From positions 64,001-128,000 of the forward strand of contig JBOEGF010000024.1 of NCBI GenBank assembly GCA_050633305.1: 64,000 nucleotides of DNA, given 5' to 3'. The stretch's first letter is position 1. Each line of letters opens with the position of its first letter. The position numbers were made by a program, and so were the translations under genes. The notes under the pieces were generated by a model. That model saw only the letters and a program-made list of their open reading frames with translations, had not been told where the DNA came from and searched no databases. Below are positions 30,122-40,316 of this stretch, piece by piece. This stretch comes from Nannocystales bacterium. Its GTDB lineage: Bacteria; Myxococcota_A; Polyangia; Nannocystales; Nannocystaceae.

Positions 30122-30855
30122 GGCTGCGCGGTGTCTGAAGGAGGGGCGGCTTCGTCGGCTTGGGGCTCGGATGCAGGCCGCTCGAGCAGTCGCATGTCGA
30201 GCCCGTCGACGAGGGTGAGCGTACCGTAGACCCGCTCGCTGGGGTGGCCCTCGGCGCCGGTGGGCGCCTCGGGTGTGAAGTGCCCCAGTACCTCGATTCG
30301 GTCGCCCAGATACAAAGAGACGTTCTCGTGGTGAAAGCTGTGCTTCTCCGAAGCGGCGATCACGTAGGCGTTCTCGAGGTCTTCGATGCTGACCGAGCCC
30401 GCGTCGTCTTGCAGGAAGACCATCTCCGCACCCACGGCCGAGGCCGCGCTGGCGCCCGCCCGGTTTCTCCACACGCACTCACGTCCAGGGACACCACCCA
30501 GATTCTCCGACGCATTGACCAGCACCCCTTGCAGCCGAACGGGCCCGGGTTTTGCGGTCGCCGTCGTGCTCGGTTCGCGGGCTTCGAGTCTCTTGACGGT
30601 GGCCCGCCATCGTTCGCTTCGTTTGCGAGGTTGGTCGAAGAACACCCGTCCTCGGGGGCGCAGGGCGGAGGTGCCACGCTCTTTGGAAACGCGGCGCGAG
30701 CCCACCCAGAAGACCAACACCGCCACGGGCACCAGTAGGGCCAGCATGAACAGCGGCCCGCCGGAGTCCGCGAGCATCGAGAACGGGTCGCCGTCGGCTG
30801 CCGTGGGGACCGGACTCGGTTCACCCGTGAAGAGGAGCAGGACCTGCGTGATCAC
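30118..30855 (-). CDS. Membrane-anchored hypothetical protein (GIDE-like beta domain possible)
   Basis: GTG start overlapping upstream TGA; one TM; GPVRLQG..GRECVW..LYLGDRIEVLG. Confidence 0.55.
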   Translation of the reverse strand: MITQVLLLFTGEPSPVPTAADGDPFSMLADSGGPLFMLALLVPVAVLVFWVGSRRVSKERGTSALRPRGRVFFDQPRKRSERWRATVKRLEAREPSTTATAKPGPVRLQGVLVNASENLGGVPGRECVWRNRAGASAASAVGAEMVFLQDDAGSVSIEDLENAYVIAASEKHSFHHENVSLYLGDRIEVLGHFTPEAPTGAEGHPSERVYGTLTLVDGLDMRLLERPASEPQADEAAPPSDTAQP

Positions 30856-32147
30856 CAGAATGCCTCGGACAGGCCCAGCTTGAAGTGGCCTTCCGACTTG
30901 CCCTGAGTCCCGGAGCCGACCTTGCCCTTGACCAACGACCGTCCCACTTGGCCGGGCCCGATTTCGTCGATCTTTGCGCCGAGAAGCGTGGGGCCACCGG
31001 TGAAGGCTGCGCTGGGGATGACGTCCTTGACCGGCACGGTGCTGCGGTTGTGAACCTTGATCACCCAGTGCACGCGGTCCCCCCACATCACCGCATCGCC
31101 GTCGACCTCGAGCTCGACCATGGGGCCGATGTCGTAGGCGCGGTTGGGGCGGGTCTCGCTGGCCCGTGGCACGAGCAGCATTCGCCCGCCTTGGAAATCG
31201 ATGCGCGCCAGGAACCGGCGCATGACGTTCTGGCCAAGCAGCCCGGTGTGGCGGCCGTTGATGCACTTGTCGCAGACCGACACGACGAGGCCTTCGATTC
31301 GAACCTGCCCAACCCGAAGCGCCGGCAGGTAGACCATTCGGCTTTCACGACGGCCCTTGGCGGTGTCGAACTCGAGGATGGGTGCGTCGGCGGGGATCTG
31401 GATCCCAAGCTCGGATGCGGCTTGGCTGCTGATCGTCGTGTACGAAGCCCCGGTGTCGAACAGGTAGGTCTTCTTCGCGTGACGGCCCCCGTACCCTTCG
31501 AGGCCGACATCGACGAAGATCGCGGTGCCCTGCTCTTCGAGCGGCACGCTGATCGCCTTTGCGAGCTCGACGTCGGTCGAGCGGCGCGGCAACGCAGAAA
31601 CGCCTCGGTCGGGGACCGTGGGGACCGGCTCAGGGTCGACGACGTCGGCGGTGTGGTGTCCCAACGCCGACATCACCCGTGTCGCGGAATGGGATTCACC
31701 CAGCGTCTCGGATGCGATGTTGGAGCCTTGCCCCCGCAGCGCCGCGCCGACGATGTCGGGGACGAGCTGGGCGACCACCAGGAGACCTATCGTGTTCCAG
31801 ACCATCGGGAGCCAAGCCATCGTCAGGCTGATCCGACGGGGCTGTTGTTGGTGCTTCCATGCCGCGAGGGCGAAGGGGAGTCCGAGGGTGAGGGCGATCG
31901 CGGTAAACCAGTGAAGGACGGCGTTTCCACCTCCATCGGCGGCAGCGCGCGACAACGACAGGACAACCCATAGGGCCACGACCGCGCTCGCGAGCGAGCC
32001 GAGCCCAAGCAGGACCCAAAGAAATGCGAACAACACCGACTGAACAGCCGATGTCGGTCCGGCGGCCGGAGCCGCTTTTCTGCGACGGGGAGGGCGCGGA
32101 CGCGCGCGTTCCTGGGCGCTCGCAGGTCGCCTAGGCTGGTCTGGCAT
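30852..32147 (-). CDS. Membrane-anchored clan AA (retropepsin-like) aspartic protease
   Basis: Three N-terminal TMs; YLFDTGASYTTIS catalytic motif; GLLGQNVM. Confidence 0.85.
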   Translation of the reverse strand: MPDQPRRPASAQERARPRPPRRRKAAPAAGPTSAVQSVLFAFLWVLLGLGSLASAVVALWVVLSLSRAAADGGGNAVLHWFTAIALTLGLPFALAAWKHQQQPRRISLTMAWLPMVWNTIGLLVVAQLVPDIVGAALRGQGSNIASETLGESHSATRVMSALGHHTADVVDPEPVPTVPDRGVSALPRRSTDVELAKAISVPLEEQGTAIFVDVGLEGYGGRHAKKTYLFDTGASYTTISSQAASELGIQIPADAPILEFDTAKGRRESRMVYLPALRVGQVRIEGLVVSVCDKCINGRHTGLLGQNVMRRFLARIDFQGGRMLLVPRASETRPNRAYDIGPMVELEVDGDAVMWGDRVHWVIKVHNRSTVPVKDVIPSAAFTGGPTLLGAKIDEIGPGQVGRSLVKGKVGSGTQGKSEGHFKLGLSEAFW

Positions 32148-32293
32148 CACTGTGGGAGAGTGTAGAGGAATGCACGGGTCCCCGCACCATTCCCCGTGTC
32201 TGGAATGCTCGACTTCGCGCCGCGCAGCGATCGCATCCCACATGGCAAAACTGTTGGAGCACACCTGTAAAAAACCGTAGGCTTGGGCACAGC

Positions 32294-33400
32294 GTGGGGG
32301 AAGCCGAGCAGCAGGATGCGCAATCGCGGCGCTCCGTCCCGACATTCGGAGTCCGATTCGAATCTCGGGACGACTTCGTGGTCGAGTATGCCGACCGCCT
32401 GCGCGGCGGCCGGCTTCGGCTCCCTGTGGATCCTTCGCCGGCTCCGGGGACCGCCATTCGCGTGAAGCTGACGCTCCCCGATCAAGCGGTCCTCTACCTT
32501 CGTGGGCAGGTGTCTCGCACCTTCACCCGGGACGGCGAGACCGTCGTCGAACTCGAGGCGTTCAACCCCGCGCAAACCGAAGCGCTCGAGAACTGCGTCG
32601 ACGGTGTCGTGGGCCGGGACGATGAGCCGTGTACCGTGCCCAATCCGGTCACAGGGGAGGCCCTGCACGTTCTGGTGGTCGACGACTCCGTGAGTCACCG
32701 GATCGAGCTGGGCGACATTTTGAGGGCTCGCGGCATGCGGGTGCGCGTCGCCGAGAATGGTCTGTTGGCGCTCTCGGCCGCGTTGAAGAAACTCCCCGAC
32801 GTCATCCTGACCGACGTCGAGATGCCCCAGATGGACGGGTGGTCGTTGTTGCGTTCCATTCGGCAACGCAAGCGACTGAGTTCCGTTCCCGTCGTCTTCC
32901 TCACTCGTCTCTCCGATGAACTCTCCCGGCTCCGGGGCTACCGGATGGGCGCAGACGACTTTCTCCCGAAGGACATGCCTGCTGACGAGATCGCGGCCCG
33001 CCTCATCGGTGTGGTCACGCGGCGGCGACAACTACCGGCGACGCCCGACGCCCATGGGCTCCGGGGTGAACTGGAACACGTTCGGTTGGGAAGTGTTCTC
33101 GCGTTCCTCGAGTCCGAGCGCCGTAGCGGCGCCCTGCGTCTACGCCGCGGCACCGAAACTTCGACGCTCCACATGCGCAACGGTGCCTTGGCCAAGGTCG
33201 AGTCGCTCGGCAGCAACTCGCATCCCCACGATCGCGTGTTCGAGATGCTCGGCTGGCAGCGCGGCGAATTCGATTTCCAAGCCGCGGGGAGCATCGAGGA
33301 GCCGCTGCCCGGGCCGGCGAACGATGGCGCGATCACGCCGGTCTCCTACCTGCTGATGGAACACGCGCGGCGCGAAGACGAAGAGCGCAACCCGGACTGA
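32294..33400 (+). CDS. Response regulator: PilZ-like + receiver + DUF4388/PatA-like domains
   Basis: N-terminal VRFESRDDFVVEYA; VLVVDDS, ILTDVEMPQMDG, VFLT, GADDFLPK; LRGELEHV..RRSGAL..W..GEFDF. Confidence 0.85.
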   Translation: MGEAEQQDAQSRRSVPTFGVRFESRDDFVVEYADRLRGGRLRLPVDPSPAPGTAIRVKLTLPDQAVLYLRGQVSRTFTRDGETVVELEAFNPAQTEALENCVDGVVGRDDEPCTVPNPVTGEALHVLVVDDSVSHRIELGDILRARGMRVRVAENGLLALSAALKKLPDVILTDVEMPQMDGWSLLRSIRQRKRLSSVPVVFLTRLSDELSRLRGYRMGADDFLPKDMPADEIAARLIGVVTRRRQLPATPDAHGLRGELEHVRLGSVLAFLESERRSGALRLRRGTETSTLHMRNGALAKVESLGSNSHPHDRVFEMLGWQRGEFDFQAAGSIEEPLPGPANDGAITPVSYLLMEHARREDEERNPD

Positions 33401-33453
33401 CGGGTGGTCTCCCTCGACTCGAGGGTCCTCTGTGCATCGCGAAACCAAAAACA

Positions 33454-33486
33454 AAGCGCCGCGTCTCCGTGGAGACTGCGGCGCTT
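33454..33486. terminator. Bidirectional terminator hairpin
   Basis: aagcgccgc-gtctcc..ggagac-t-gcggcgctt with A-rich flank between convergent genes. Confidence 0.7.
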
Positions 33487-33502
33487 GTTCGTTGCGCGTG
33501 GG

Positions 33503-33871
33503 CTACTCGGCTGCGGGGGCGGCCGCGAACACGGCACAGACTCCGTCCACTTTCCAGGCGCCGGCAGATTCATAGGGCTCGACGTTGAGCACGTAGAGCT
33601 CGGCGCCTTCGCGGCCGCACTGGTTCTTGGCGACGTCCATGGCTTCCTTCACGGTGGGGGCGCGGCCGACGTAGATGCCGATCTCGGTGTAGGCGCTGGT
33701 CAGGTCGTCCTTGCTCTTGACGACTTTCACCTTGTTTTGCGCGACGGGCTGGGTCTTCACATCGAAGTTGGTCTGGCGGTAGGAAGACTTGTAGGCGCAG
33801 CCGACCAGGCTGCTCGAAGCCACGAGCGCGAGGGTGAGGACTGATGCGAGGCGGGGGCTAGAGGACAACAT
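33503..33871 (-). CDS. Small lipoprotein
   Basis: GGAG RBS; MLSSSPRLASVLTLALVASSSLVGC lipobox. Confidence 0.75.
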   Translation of the reverse strand: MLSSSPRLASVLTLALVASSSLVGCAYKSSYRQTNFDVKTQPVAQNKVKVVKSKDDLTSAYTEIGIYVGRAPTVKEAMDVAKNQCGREGAELYVLNVEPYESAGAWKVDGVCAVFAAAPAAE

Positions 33872-33974
33872 GGCGTTTGCTCCGTTCGTGGCCCTTCGTT
33901 CGGGCGCTGGGTTCGACGCAGGCGGGGGCCCCGAGATTCGACGCGATCGGGACGCGCGTGTGAAGGGGTCGTAA

Positions 33975-35507
33975 CTATGCCGAATCTGAGGCAGATCGAC
34001 CCGCCGGCAGGGTGACACGAAACACCGCGCCGGGGAATCGTGCCCCCGCCAGGGGCTTGCGCGACCCATTCTTCCGCAGGACGAGGGCTCCATCCATCGA
34101 CTGGGCGAGCCCTTGGCAGATCGGAAGCCCCAGGCCGGTTCCCTCGCCGGCCTTGGCGGTGGTGAAGAACGGCTCAAACAGCTGGTCGCGGAGCTCGTCG
34201 GGGACACCAGGCCCGCTGTCCTGGACGTCGATGTGGGTCGTCTGCCCGTCGGACTCGACGAAGAGGGTGACCAGGTGGGGATTCTCGGACTCGTCGGTGT
34301 GTGTGGCCCGAGCGGCGTTGACGAGCAGGTTGCGAAGGATCTGGTCGAGCAGGCCTGGGTCCGCGAAGACCTTGGCGTCCACATCGCCTTGGACGCTCAG
34401 CGTCACGTTTGCGCAACGAGGGTCGTGTTCGAGCAGTCGAACGAGACCCTCACCGGCCGCGACAGCGGATAGCGTGACGAGTTGCTGCCGGGTCGGCCGG
34501 GCGTAGTGGAGGAGCTGGGTGACGATGCCCTGGATCCGTTCGATCTGCGTCCGGCTTCGCTCGAGCATGTCGCGTTGTGTCTCGTCCAACGCGGGCTCGG
34601 AGCGGGGGTCGAGCAGCAACTCGACGTAGCCCAACACCGCCGCGAGCGGGTTGCCGACCTCGTGGGCGATGCCGGCGGAGATTCGGCCTACCGAGGCCAG
34701 CTGCTCGGCACGAACCAGGTGCTCGCGTTGGCGTTCGATCTGCTCGACCCGGTCCCGTAGCGACTGCGTCATCTGGTTGAAGGAGCCGGCCAGCGATTGC
34801 AGCTCGGCGGGTCCTTCTTCGGGGATCTCCGCCTTGAGGTTGCCCATCGCGACCTGACCGACCGCATCCCTGACCCGGGCGAGCGGCCGTGCGACCTGCA
34901 TCTCGATGAGACCGATACCGAGCACGAGCATCACCACGCCGACACCGAGCGCGAGCACGGCGACCTCGGTCCAGTCTTGGCTGCGGGTCCACGGTGCCCG
35001 GCGGGCGACCACGCGCAGTACGAGCGTGCCGCCGTTTCGCGCACCGCCGAAGGTCCGCAGCGCCCGGTCGACGATCACCAACCCGTCGCGGTCCACGACC
35101 CGGGTCCCACCGGGTTTGCCCATGGGTTCTGGAGGGGGCAGCGGAGGGGCGAGCCCCACCGCGATGCGGGGCGGTTCGTCGGGACGGTCGGTGATGCGGT
35201 GCAACGCGATCGCCTCGATGCCGAGCGTTCCGATGCTTGCACGAAGGACCGGTTCGAGCTGTCCACGCCCCGCCGCAGCGAGCGCTCCGCTCCCCAGCTG
35301 CGGGGCGATGAGTGCCGCCAGGCCCTGAACGTGGTCGGAGAGTTGTTGCTGCTGCGCTGCGTCGTGGCGACGTCGACCCAAGACCTCGGTCGCGAGGGAA
35401 AGCGAGACGACAGCCATCATCAACGTGACCGCGAGCGTCACGACCAGCTCCCACCGAAGCGAGCGTCGGGAGCGGGCGGGGGCCGGAGCGCTCACCGGGT
35501 CGCTCAC
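33975..35507 (-). CDS. HAMP-domain sensor histidine kinase
   Basis: Two TMs; HAMP ELQSLAGSFNQM; H-box AGIAHEVGNPL; N-box NLLVNA; DSGPG; FEPFFTT; GTGLGL. Confidence 0.93.
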   Translation of the reverse strand: MSDPVSAPAPARSRRSLRWELVVTLAVTLMMAVVSLSLATEVLGRRRHDAAQQQQLSDHVQGLAALIAPQLGSGALAAAGRGQLEPVLRASIGTLGIEAIALHRITDRPDEPPRIAVGLAPPLPPPEPMGKPGGTRVVDRDGLVIVDRALRTFGGARNGGTLVLRVVARRAPWTRSQDWTEVAVLALGVGVVMLVLGIGLIEMQVARPLARVRDAVGQVAMGNLKAEIPEEGPAELQSLAGSFNQMTQSLRDRVEQIERQREHLVRAEQLASVGRISAGIAHEVGNPLAAVLGYVELLLDPRSEPALDETQRDMLERSRTQIERIQGIVTQLLHYARPTRQQLVTLSAVAAGEGLVRLLEHDPRCANVTLSVQGDVDAKVFADPGLLDQILRNLLVNAARATHTDESENPHLVTLFVESDGQTTHIDVQDSGPGVPDELRDQLFEPFFTTAKAGEGTGLGLPICQGLAQSMDGALVLRKNGSRKPLAGARFPGAVFRVTLPAGRSASDSA

Positions 35508-35710
35508 CGGAACTTGGGGGCGCGAGAGGAGAGAACCGGCAGTCGATGGCGAACCCTCGCCGGTTGCGCCCTCGCCTGCTCACATCCGGCGCAGCCACTG
35601 TCCGCTGTCGAGCCCGTCCGCATCCAACGACGCACCAGCCACGTGCCTGCCAACAGGACGAGCACCAGCGGAACGACCTCTTGAAAGAACGTGTGGCTCA
35701 GCGACAGCAT
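35504..35710 (-). CDS. Small Cys-containing membrane protein (FeoB-associated Cys-rich type)
   Basis: 68 aa; one TM then GCAGC; TGATG overlap with fur stop and GTGA overlap with the kinase start. Confidence 0.55.
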   Translation of the reverse strand: MLSLSHTFFQEVVPLVLVLLAGTWLVRRWMRTGSTADSGCAGCEQARAQPARVRHRLPVLSSRAPKFR

Positions 35711-36240
35711 CAGCGAGGGGTCTTCTTCTCGGCATCCTGTCCGGGGCAGGACCCGCCCTTGATGCCCCGCGCCCGGGGACACAAACCATAGAGTTCGTGG
35801 CGATGCCGGATCACGTTGAAGCCGAAGCTTCGTGCGACGCGCTCCTGCTCCTTCTCGATCTCTTCGTTGTGGAACTCGAGCACGTGATTGCATTCGATGC
35901 AGATCAGGTGGTCGTGGTGCTCGGCGTCGCCGGCGGTCTCGTAGGTTGTGTGCCCTTCGCCGAAGCGTCGCTCCGCAGCGAGGCCGCACTCGGTCAAGAG
36001 CTTGAGGGTCCGGTACACCGTGGCGTACCCGACCTTGGGTGCGTCCTCGCGGGCCAGCGCGAGTAGCTCTTCGATGGAGGTGTGCCCGTCCGTCGCGAAG
36101 AAGCGCTCCGCGATGACGTCACGTTGCCGGGTCGACTTCAGCCCCTGCTTCGTGAGGTAGGCCCGGAACTGCTCCATCAAGCTATCGACGTCCACCGGGT
36201 TTTCGGCCGCGTCCACCATGGAGCGGACCATAGGACGCAT
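35710..36240 (-). CDS. fur: Fur family transcriptional regulator
   Basis: GLKSTRQR, GYATVYRTL, HHDHLICIEC, ELYGLCPRA. Confidence 0.9.
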   Translation of the reverse strand: MRPMVRSMVDAAENPVDVDSLMEQFRAYLTKQGLKSTRQRDVIAERFFATDGHTSIEELLALAREDAPKVGYATVYRTLKLLTECGLAAERRFGEGHTTYETAGDAEHHDHLICIECNHVLEFHNEEIEKEQERVARSFGFNVIRHRHELYGLCPRARGIKGGSCPGQDAEKKTPR

Positions 36241-36339
36241 TCGACCGGCGCCGCAAGCGTCGCCTGCGCCCTCGTGCGTTCCCCAGTCTGGGCCGGCGTT
36301 GCGGCGCCCCGGCGGCCGCCCCTATACTCCGCGCCGCCC

Positions 36340-36609
36340 ATGGCGCGGACGTCCAAGAAGAAGGCCGAATCCGACGCGGCTCCTCCGCCGAGCATCGACG
36401 CGATGCTCGATGGTCTGGAAGCTGTCGTCACCGAACTCGAGTCGGGGGAACTCCCGCTCGAGGAGGCGCTGCGGAAGTTCGAGGAGGGCGTCAAGCTGGC
36501 GCGCCAAGGCGAACAAGTCTTGGAGTCCGTCGAGGAGCGCATCGAAGCGCTGCTCGCCGACGCCGAGGGCACCGAGCCCTTCGAGGCTCACTCAGAGGAA
36601 TCCACATGA
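36340..36609 (+). CDS. xseB: Exodeoxyribonuclease VII small subunit
   Basis: LEAVVTELESGELPLEEALRKFEEGVKLAR; directly upstream of ispA. Confidence 0.9.
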   Translation: MARTSKKKAESDAAPPPSIDAMLDGLEAVVTELESGELPLEEALRKFEEGVKLARQGEQVLESVEERIEALLADAEGTEPFEAHSEEST

Positions 36610-37454
36610 GCACCTTCGACCTCGAATCCTACCTCGCGCCCCGAAGAGAGCGCGTTGACGCCACGCTCAGCGCTTTGCTGCCTGAGCCCACGGGCGACGA
36701 CCCCGGAAAACTCCGCGAGGCCATGCGCTACGCCGTACTTCTTGGCGGCAAGCGAATGCGCCCCCTGATGGCGATCGCGGCCGCTGAGGCTGTGGGCGGG
36801 ACGGCCGAGACGGCCCTGCCGGCCTGCTGTGCGATCGAGCTCGTCCACGCCTACTCGTTGGTCCACGACGACCTGCCCGCGATGGACGACGATGCAGAAC
36901 GTCGCGGCAAGCCGACCATTCACGTCGCGTTTGGCGAGGACAAGGCGATCCTGGTCGGGGATGCGCTGCTGACCCTCGCATTTGGTGTGCTTGCTGGGGG
37001 CGTCGGCGGCCGTCCCTCCACGGGTCGCGTCGGCGACGCGGTGGCCAAGCTGGCTCATCACTCGGGCATCGATGGGATGGTGGGCGGACAAGCGCTCGAT
37101 CTCGTCGCAGGCCAGGACATCCACGACCTCGAGCTGCTCGAGCGTGTCCACGCGCTCAAGACCGGTGGGCTCTACGCCGCCAGCGCGGCAATGGCGGGCA
37201 TGCTCGCGGGCAAGGACGACGAAGTTGTCGGTCGCCTCGAGCGATACGGCCTCATGTTCGGGATCGCCTTCCAACACGCCGACGACGTGCTCGACGACGA
37301 CCAGCCCGCACTGCGGGAGAAGGCGTTGGCCCGCACAGATGCCCTCGTGGCGAGCTGCATCGACGAAGTCTCCGTCTTTGGAGACTCGGCCGAGCCGCTG
37401 CGAGCGATCGCGCGATGGGTGGGCGAGCGAGCCCACACCGCCGCCGGCGAATGA
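36606..37454 (+). CDS. ispA: Polyprenyl (farnesyl/geranylgeranyl) diphosphate synthase
   Basis: GGKRMRP, HAYSLVHDDLPAMDD, RRGKPT, GQALD, KTG, FQHADDVLD. Confidence 0.93.
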   Translation: MSTFDLESYLAPRRERVDATLSALLPEPTGDDPGKLREAMRYAVLLGGKRMRPLMAIAAAEAVGGTAETALPACCAIELVHAYSLVHDDLPAMDDDAERRGKPTIHVAFGEDKAILVGDALLTLAFGVLAGGVGGRPSTGRVGDAVAKLAHHSGIDGMVGGQALDLVAGQDIHDLELLERVHALKTGGLYAASAAMAGMLAGKDDEVVGRLERYGLMFGIAFQHADDVLDDDQPALREKALARTDALVASCIDEVSVFGDSAEPLRAIARWVGERAHTAAGE

Positions 37455-37508
37455 CGGCGCGGGCGGGTCGTCGACGCACGGTGACCCTGCGCACCCGTCG
37501 GCCGCGGC

Positions 37509-38450
37509 CTACTCCGCGAGGCGGCTGATCGGCACGGTATCGATCACCAACTCGAGCTCGCCCTCTACGTTCGTATAGGGCGAGTGGTCGTTTTGGCGCA
37601 GGACCGCGGTGAGTGTGGTCTCGGCCGCGGGGGACTCGGGCAGCAGCAGGCCTTCGCTGAGCTTGGTGAGCTGGAGCGCTGCTTCTTCGGGCGCCGCTGA
37701 GACGACGCCGATGTAGCCGGCATCGCAGATGATGTCTTCGGCGCACTCCGGGAACTCATCGTCATAGTAGACGTGCACGTGGCCGGTGTTGTCGGCGAGC
37801 GCCGTGTCGGGCTGACCGTACGAGAAGTTCAGCATCGCGACCTCCACATCGACCAGCCCGTCGGGCTGAAGCTCAAACTCAGACCCGGGCCACGGGGTGG
37901 TGATCGCGATGTGGGGATTGCCGTCGTTGCGCCAGAAGACCTGCGCTGAGGATGCCCCGTCGTTGTCGAAGGGCGTGCCGTCGACCCGCATGGCTTGGGC
38001 GCTGATTCGGTGCGCACCTGCATCGTTGGGAACGACCAGGTTCTCGACCACGAGTGGGCGGGTCAGATCGCCCGAGAGGATGTCGATGGTTTCTTCATCG
38101 AGTGTGACTCGGATGAAACCGCCCCCCGCGTCGTCCTCGTCGGTGCTGAAGGTCAGCCCTGAGACCTGCAGCGTGACGACGACTTCTTCGTCGAGCGGCA
38201 GCGCCTGCAAAGACTCGGGCGACAGCACCGAGACCGTGGGGAGTCGTTCGACGCATACCCGGCCGTTGCAGCGCAGGGCGCCTGGGCAGTCGACGTCGGC
38301 CTCGTCGGCGACCTCGGACACCTCGCAGGCGTACAGGGCGTCGGCTGTCTCGTCCAACTCGGCGCCGTAGCAGCCGCCGAGCGTGAGGGCCAACGCGGCG
38401 CCCAAAGGACCGGAGCGAAGGGAGAGCGGGGAAGACCGGTGCATACGCAT
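37509..38450 (-). CDS. Cys-containing acidic lipoprotein with Ig-like repeats
   Basis: Lipobox LGGC; small Cys module; GHVHVYYD..NDHSPY motif. Confidence 0.65.
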   Translation of the reverse strand: MRMHRSSPLSLRSGPLGAALALTLGGCYGAELDETADALYACEVSEVADEADVDCPGALRCNGRVCVERLPTVSVLSPESLQALPLDEEVVVTLQVSGLTFSTDEDDAGGGFIRVTLDEETIDILSGDLTRPLVVENLVVPNDAGAHRISAQAMRVDGTPFDNDGASSAQVFWRNDGNPHIAITTPWPGSEFELQPDGLVDVEVAMLNFSYGQPDTALADNTGHVHVYYDDEFPECAEDIICDAGYIGVVSAAPEEAALQLTKLSEGLLLPESPAAETTLTAVLRQNDHSPYTNVEGELELVIDTVPISRLAE

Positions 38451-38452
38451 GA

Positions 38453-39307
38453 CTAGAACCGTCCTTGGAGGGAGAGCCCGGCGGAGCGGCCCGTCCACGT
38501 TGGCATGAGGGTTGCCGTCGGGCCGGCCTCGGCCCGTTTCTTGCGCTTGAGCCCCACTGCGAGCAGGGCCACGCCGGTGACCGCAACCGCGGCGCCGGTG
38601 GCGGCCATCACGATCTGAAGGGTCTCGAATCGGCGACCCTCGTCGTCGAGCGTCTGCGCCTCCGCGAAGGTGAGGTCGTCGGGGTTGCCGCTCGCCACGT
38701 CCTCGACGGAGAGGCTCCGATTTCGCGCCGCCAACCCGAAGCCGAGGCCGCCGCCGAGGGCGACCACGCCACCAACCCCTGTGAGTACAGCGCCAGCAAG
38801 GATGAGGCCCTTCCCGTTGGGGAGCTCTTCAGGAGGGTCGGGCTCCGGTTCCGGTTCCGGCGCGACCTCGGGGGGCGGCTGGTTCTCCGCCTCTTCGATC
38901 TCCTTTTTGAGCGTGAAGATCCTATCCTCGACGTTGGCGCGGTCCTTGGCCTCTGGCTTGGCGCGCAAGTACGTCCGGAAGGCGCGAACCGCCTCCTCCC
39001 GCTTGCCCAGGCGCTCGTAGCAGAGCCCGATGTTGTACTGGAAGTCCGGCGATGCGTACCGCGTGGCGGCCTCTTGGAAGTGCTCCAGAGCGTCTTCGTA
39101 TCGCGCGGCGTTGTAGGCCTTCTTCCCCAAATCGTACGAGACCATCGCCTGTTCGAGCTTGGGGTCCTCCTTTGGAGCCTCCGGAGGCGCCGTGCCAGCG
39201 GGCGCGTCGGCCGGTGCCTCCCCGCCTGGGGCCGGGGGGGCCCCCACCAAGGACCCAACCAAGGAGAGGGAGAGGGGAATGGCCAGGAACGGAGCTGCAA
39301 CGCTCAT
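38453..39307 (-). CDS. Secreted TPR protein with C-terminal hydrophobic/beta tail
   Basis: GKKAYNAARYEDALEHF, YNIGLCYERLG..EAVRAFRTYL; C-terminal GLSLQGRF. Confidence 0.8.
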   Translation of the reverse strand: MSVAAPFLAIPLSLSLVGSLVGAPPAPGGEAPADAPAGTAPPEAPKEDPKLEQAMVSYDLGKKAYNAARYEDALEHFQEAATRYASPDFQYNIGLCYERLGKREEAVRAFRTYLRAKPEAKDRANVEDRIFTLKKEIEEAENQPPPEVAPEPEPEPDPPEELPNGKGLILAGAVLTGVGGVVALGGGLGFGLAARNRSLSVEDVASGNPDDLTFAEAQTLDDEGRRFETLQIVMAATGAAVAVTGVALLAVGLKRKKRAEAGPTATLMPTWTGRSAGLSLQGRF

Positions 39308-39398
39308 GGAAAATCGGAGGCCAGGGGCCGAGCGCGACTATACGCCCCTGCGCGGCGTTGTTGCCAGAAGTCGGCCGTCGGTTCTACGATGGCCGCGG

Positions 39399-40316
39399 AT
39401 GTCCAAGACGACGATACGCCTAGAGCCCGACGGACTGAATCGGGCCCGAGACGGGAAGAAGCGTGCATTCGTCGTGGTGTTGTCTGGCGATCGCATGGGG
39501 GAGATGTTTCCGCTCAAGGAAAGCGCGCGAACCACCCTAGGCCGAGGCCTACAAACCGACGTCCGAATCAACGACGAGGGAATCTCGAGGACCCACGCGG
39601 CCGTAGAGGGGGAGGGTGGGGGCTACTACCTGCTCGACGCAGGCTCCACCAATGGAACCTACGCGAACGGCAAGAAAGTGGATCGGTACGAACTCCAAGA
39701 GGGGGACAAAATTCAGATCGGCGCGCAGAGCGTCCTGAAGTTCACCTATCACGACGATTTCGACGAGGACTTCCAGCGGAACCTCTACGAATCGGCGCTC
39801 CGAGACCGGCTCACGGGAGTGTTCAACCGTGGCTACTTCAACAACCGGCTCGAGAGCGACGTGGCCTTTGCGTTGCGCCACGGCAAGCCCTTGTCGCTGG
39901 TTCTCTTCGACATCGACCACTTCAAGAAGATCAACGACACCCTTGGACACCCGGCAGGTGATCAGGTGCTCAAGGATCTCTCCGACCGCGTCGCGGGGAC
40001 GACTCGCAGCGAGGACATTTTCGCTCGATACGGCGGGGAAGAGTTCGCGCTGATCTGTCGGGATGTCGACGCCCTGCGGGCCGCCCGGGCCGCCTACCGA
40101 ATCTTGGAGACCGTTGGTGGCAAGGCGTTCTCCCACGACGAGAATTCACTCACCGTGACCGTCAGCCTTGGCGTCGCCGATCTTGGCATGTTGGTCGAGC
40201 CCACCGCGGACGCCCTCATCGAAGCGGCGGATGCTGCCCTGTACGTCGCAAAGCGAAACGGCCGCAACCGCGTCGAGATCTACGATCCCGAGAGCGAGCC
40301 GACCCGGTTGGTGTGA
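39399..40316 (+). CDS. FHA-GGDEF diguanylate cyclase (paralog of 15341..16240)
   Basis: LGRG, ISRTHA, GSTNGTY; DIDHFKKIND.LGH.AGD; RSED I-site; GGEEF. Confidence 0.92.
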   Translation: MSKTTIRLEPDGLNRARDGKKRAFVVVLSGDRMGEMFPLKESARTTLGRGLQTDVRINDEGISRTHAAVEGEGGGYYLLDAGSTNGTYANGKKVDRYELQEGDKIQIGAQSVLKFTYHDDFDEDFQRNLYESALRDRLTGVFNRGYFNNRLESDVAFALRHGKPLSLVLFDIDHFKKINDTLGHPAGDQVLKDLSDRVAGTTRSEDIFARYGGEEFALICRDVDALRAARAAYRILETVGGKAFSHDENSLTVTVSLGVADLGMLVEPTADALIEAADAALYVAKRNGRNRVEIYDPESEPTRLV

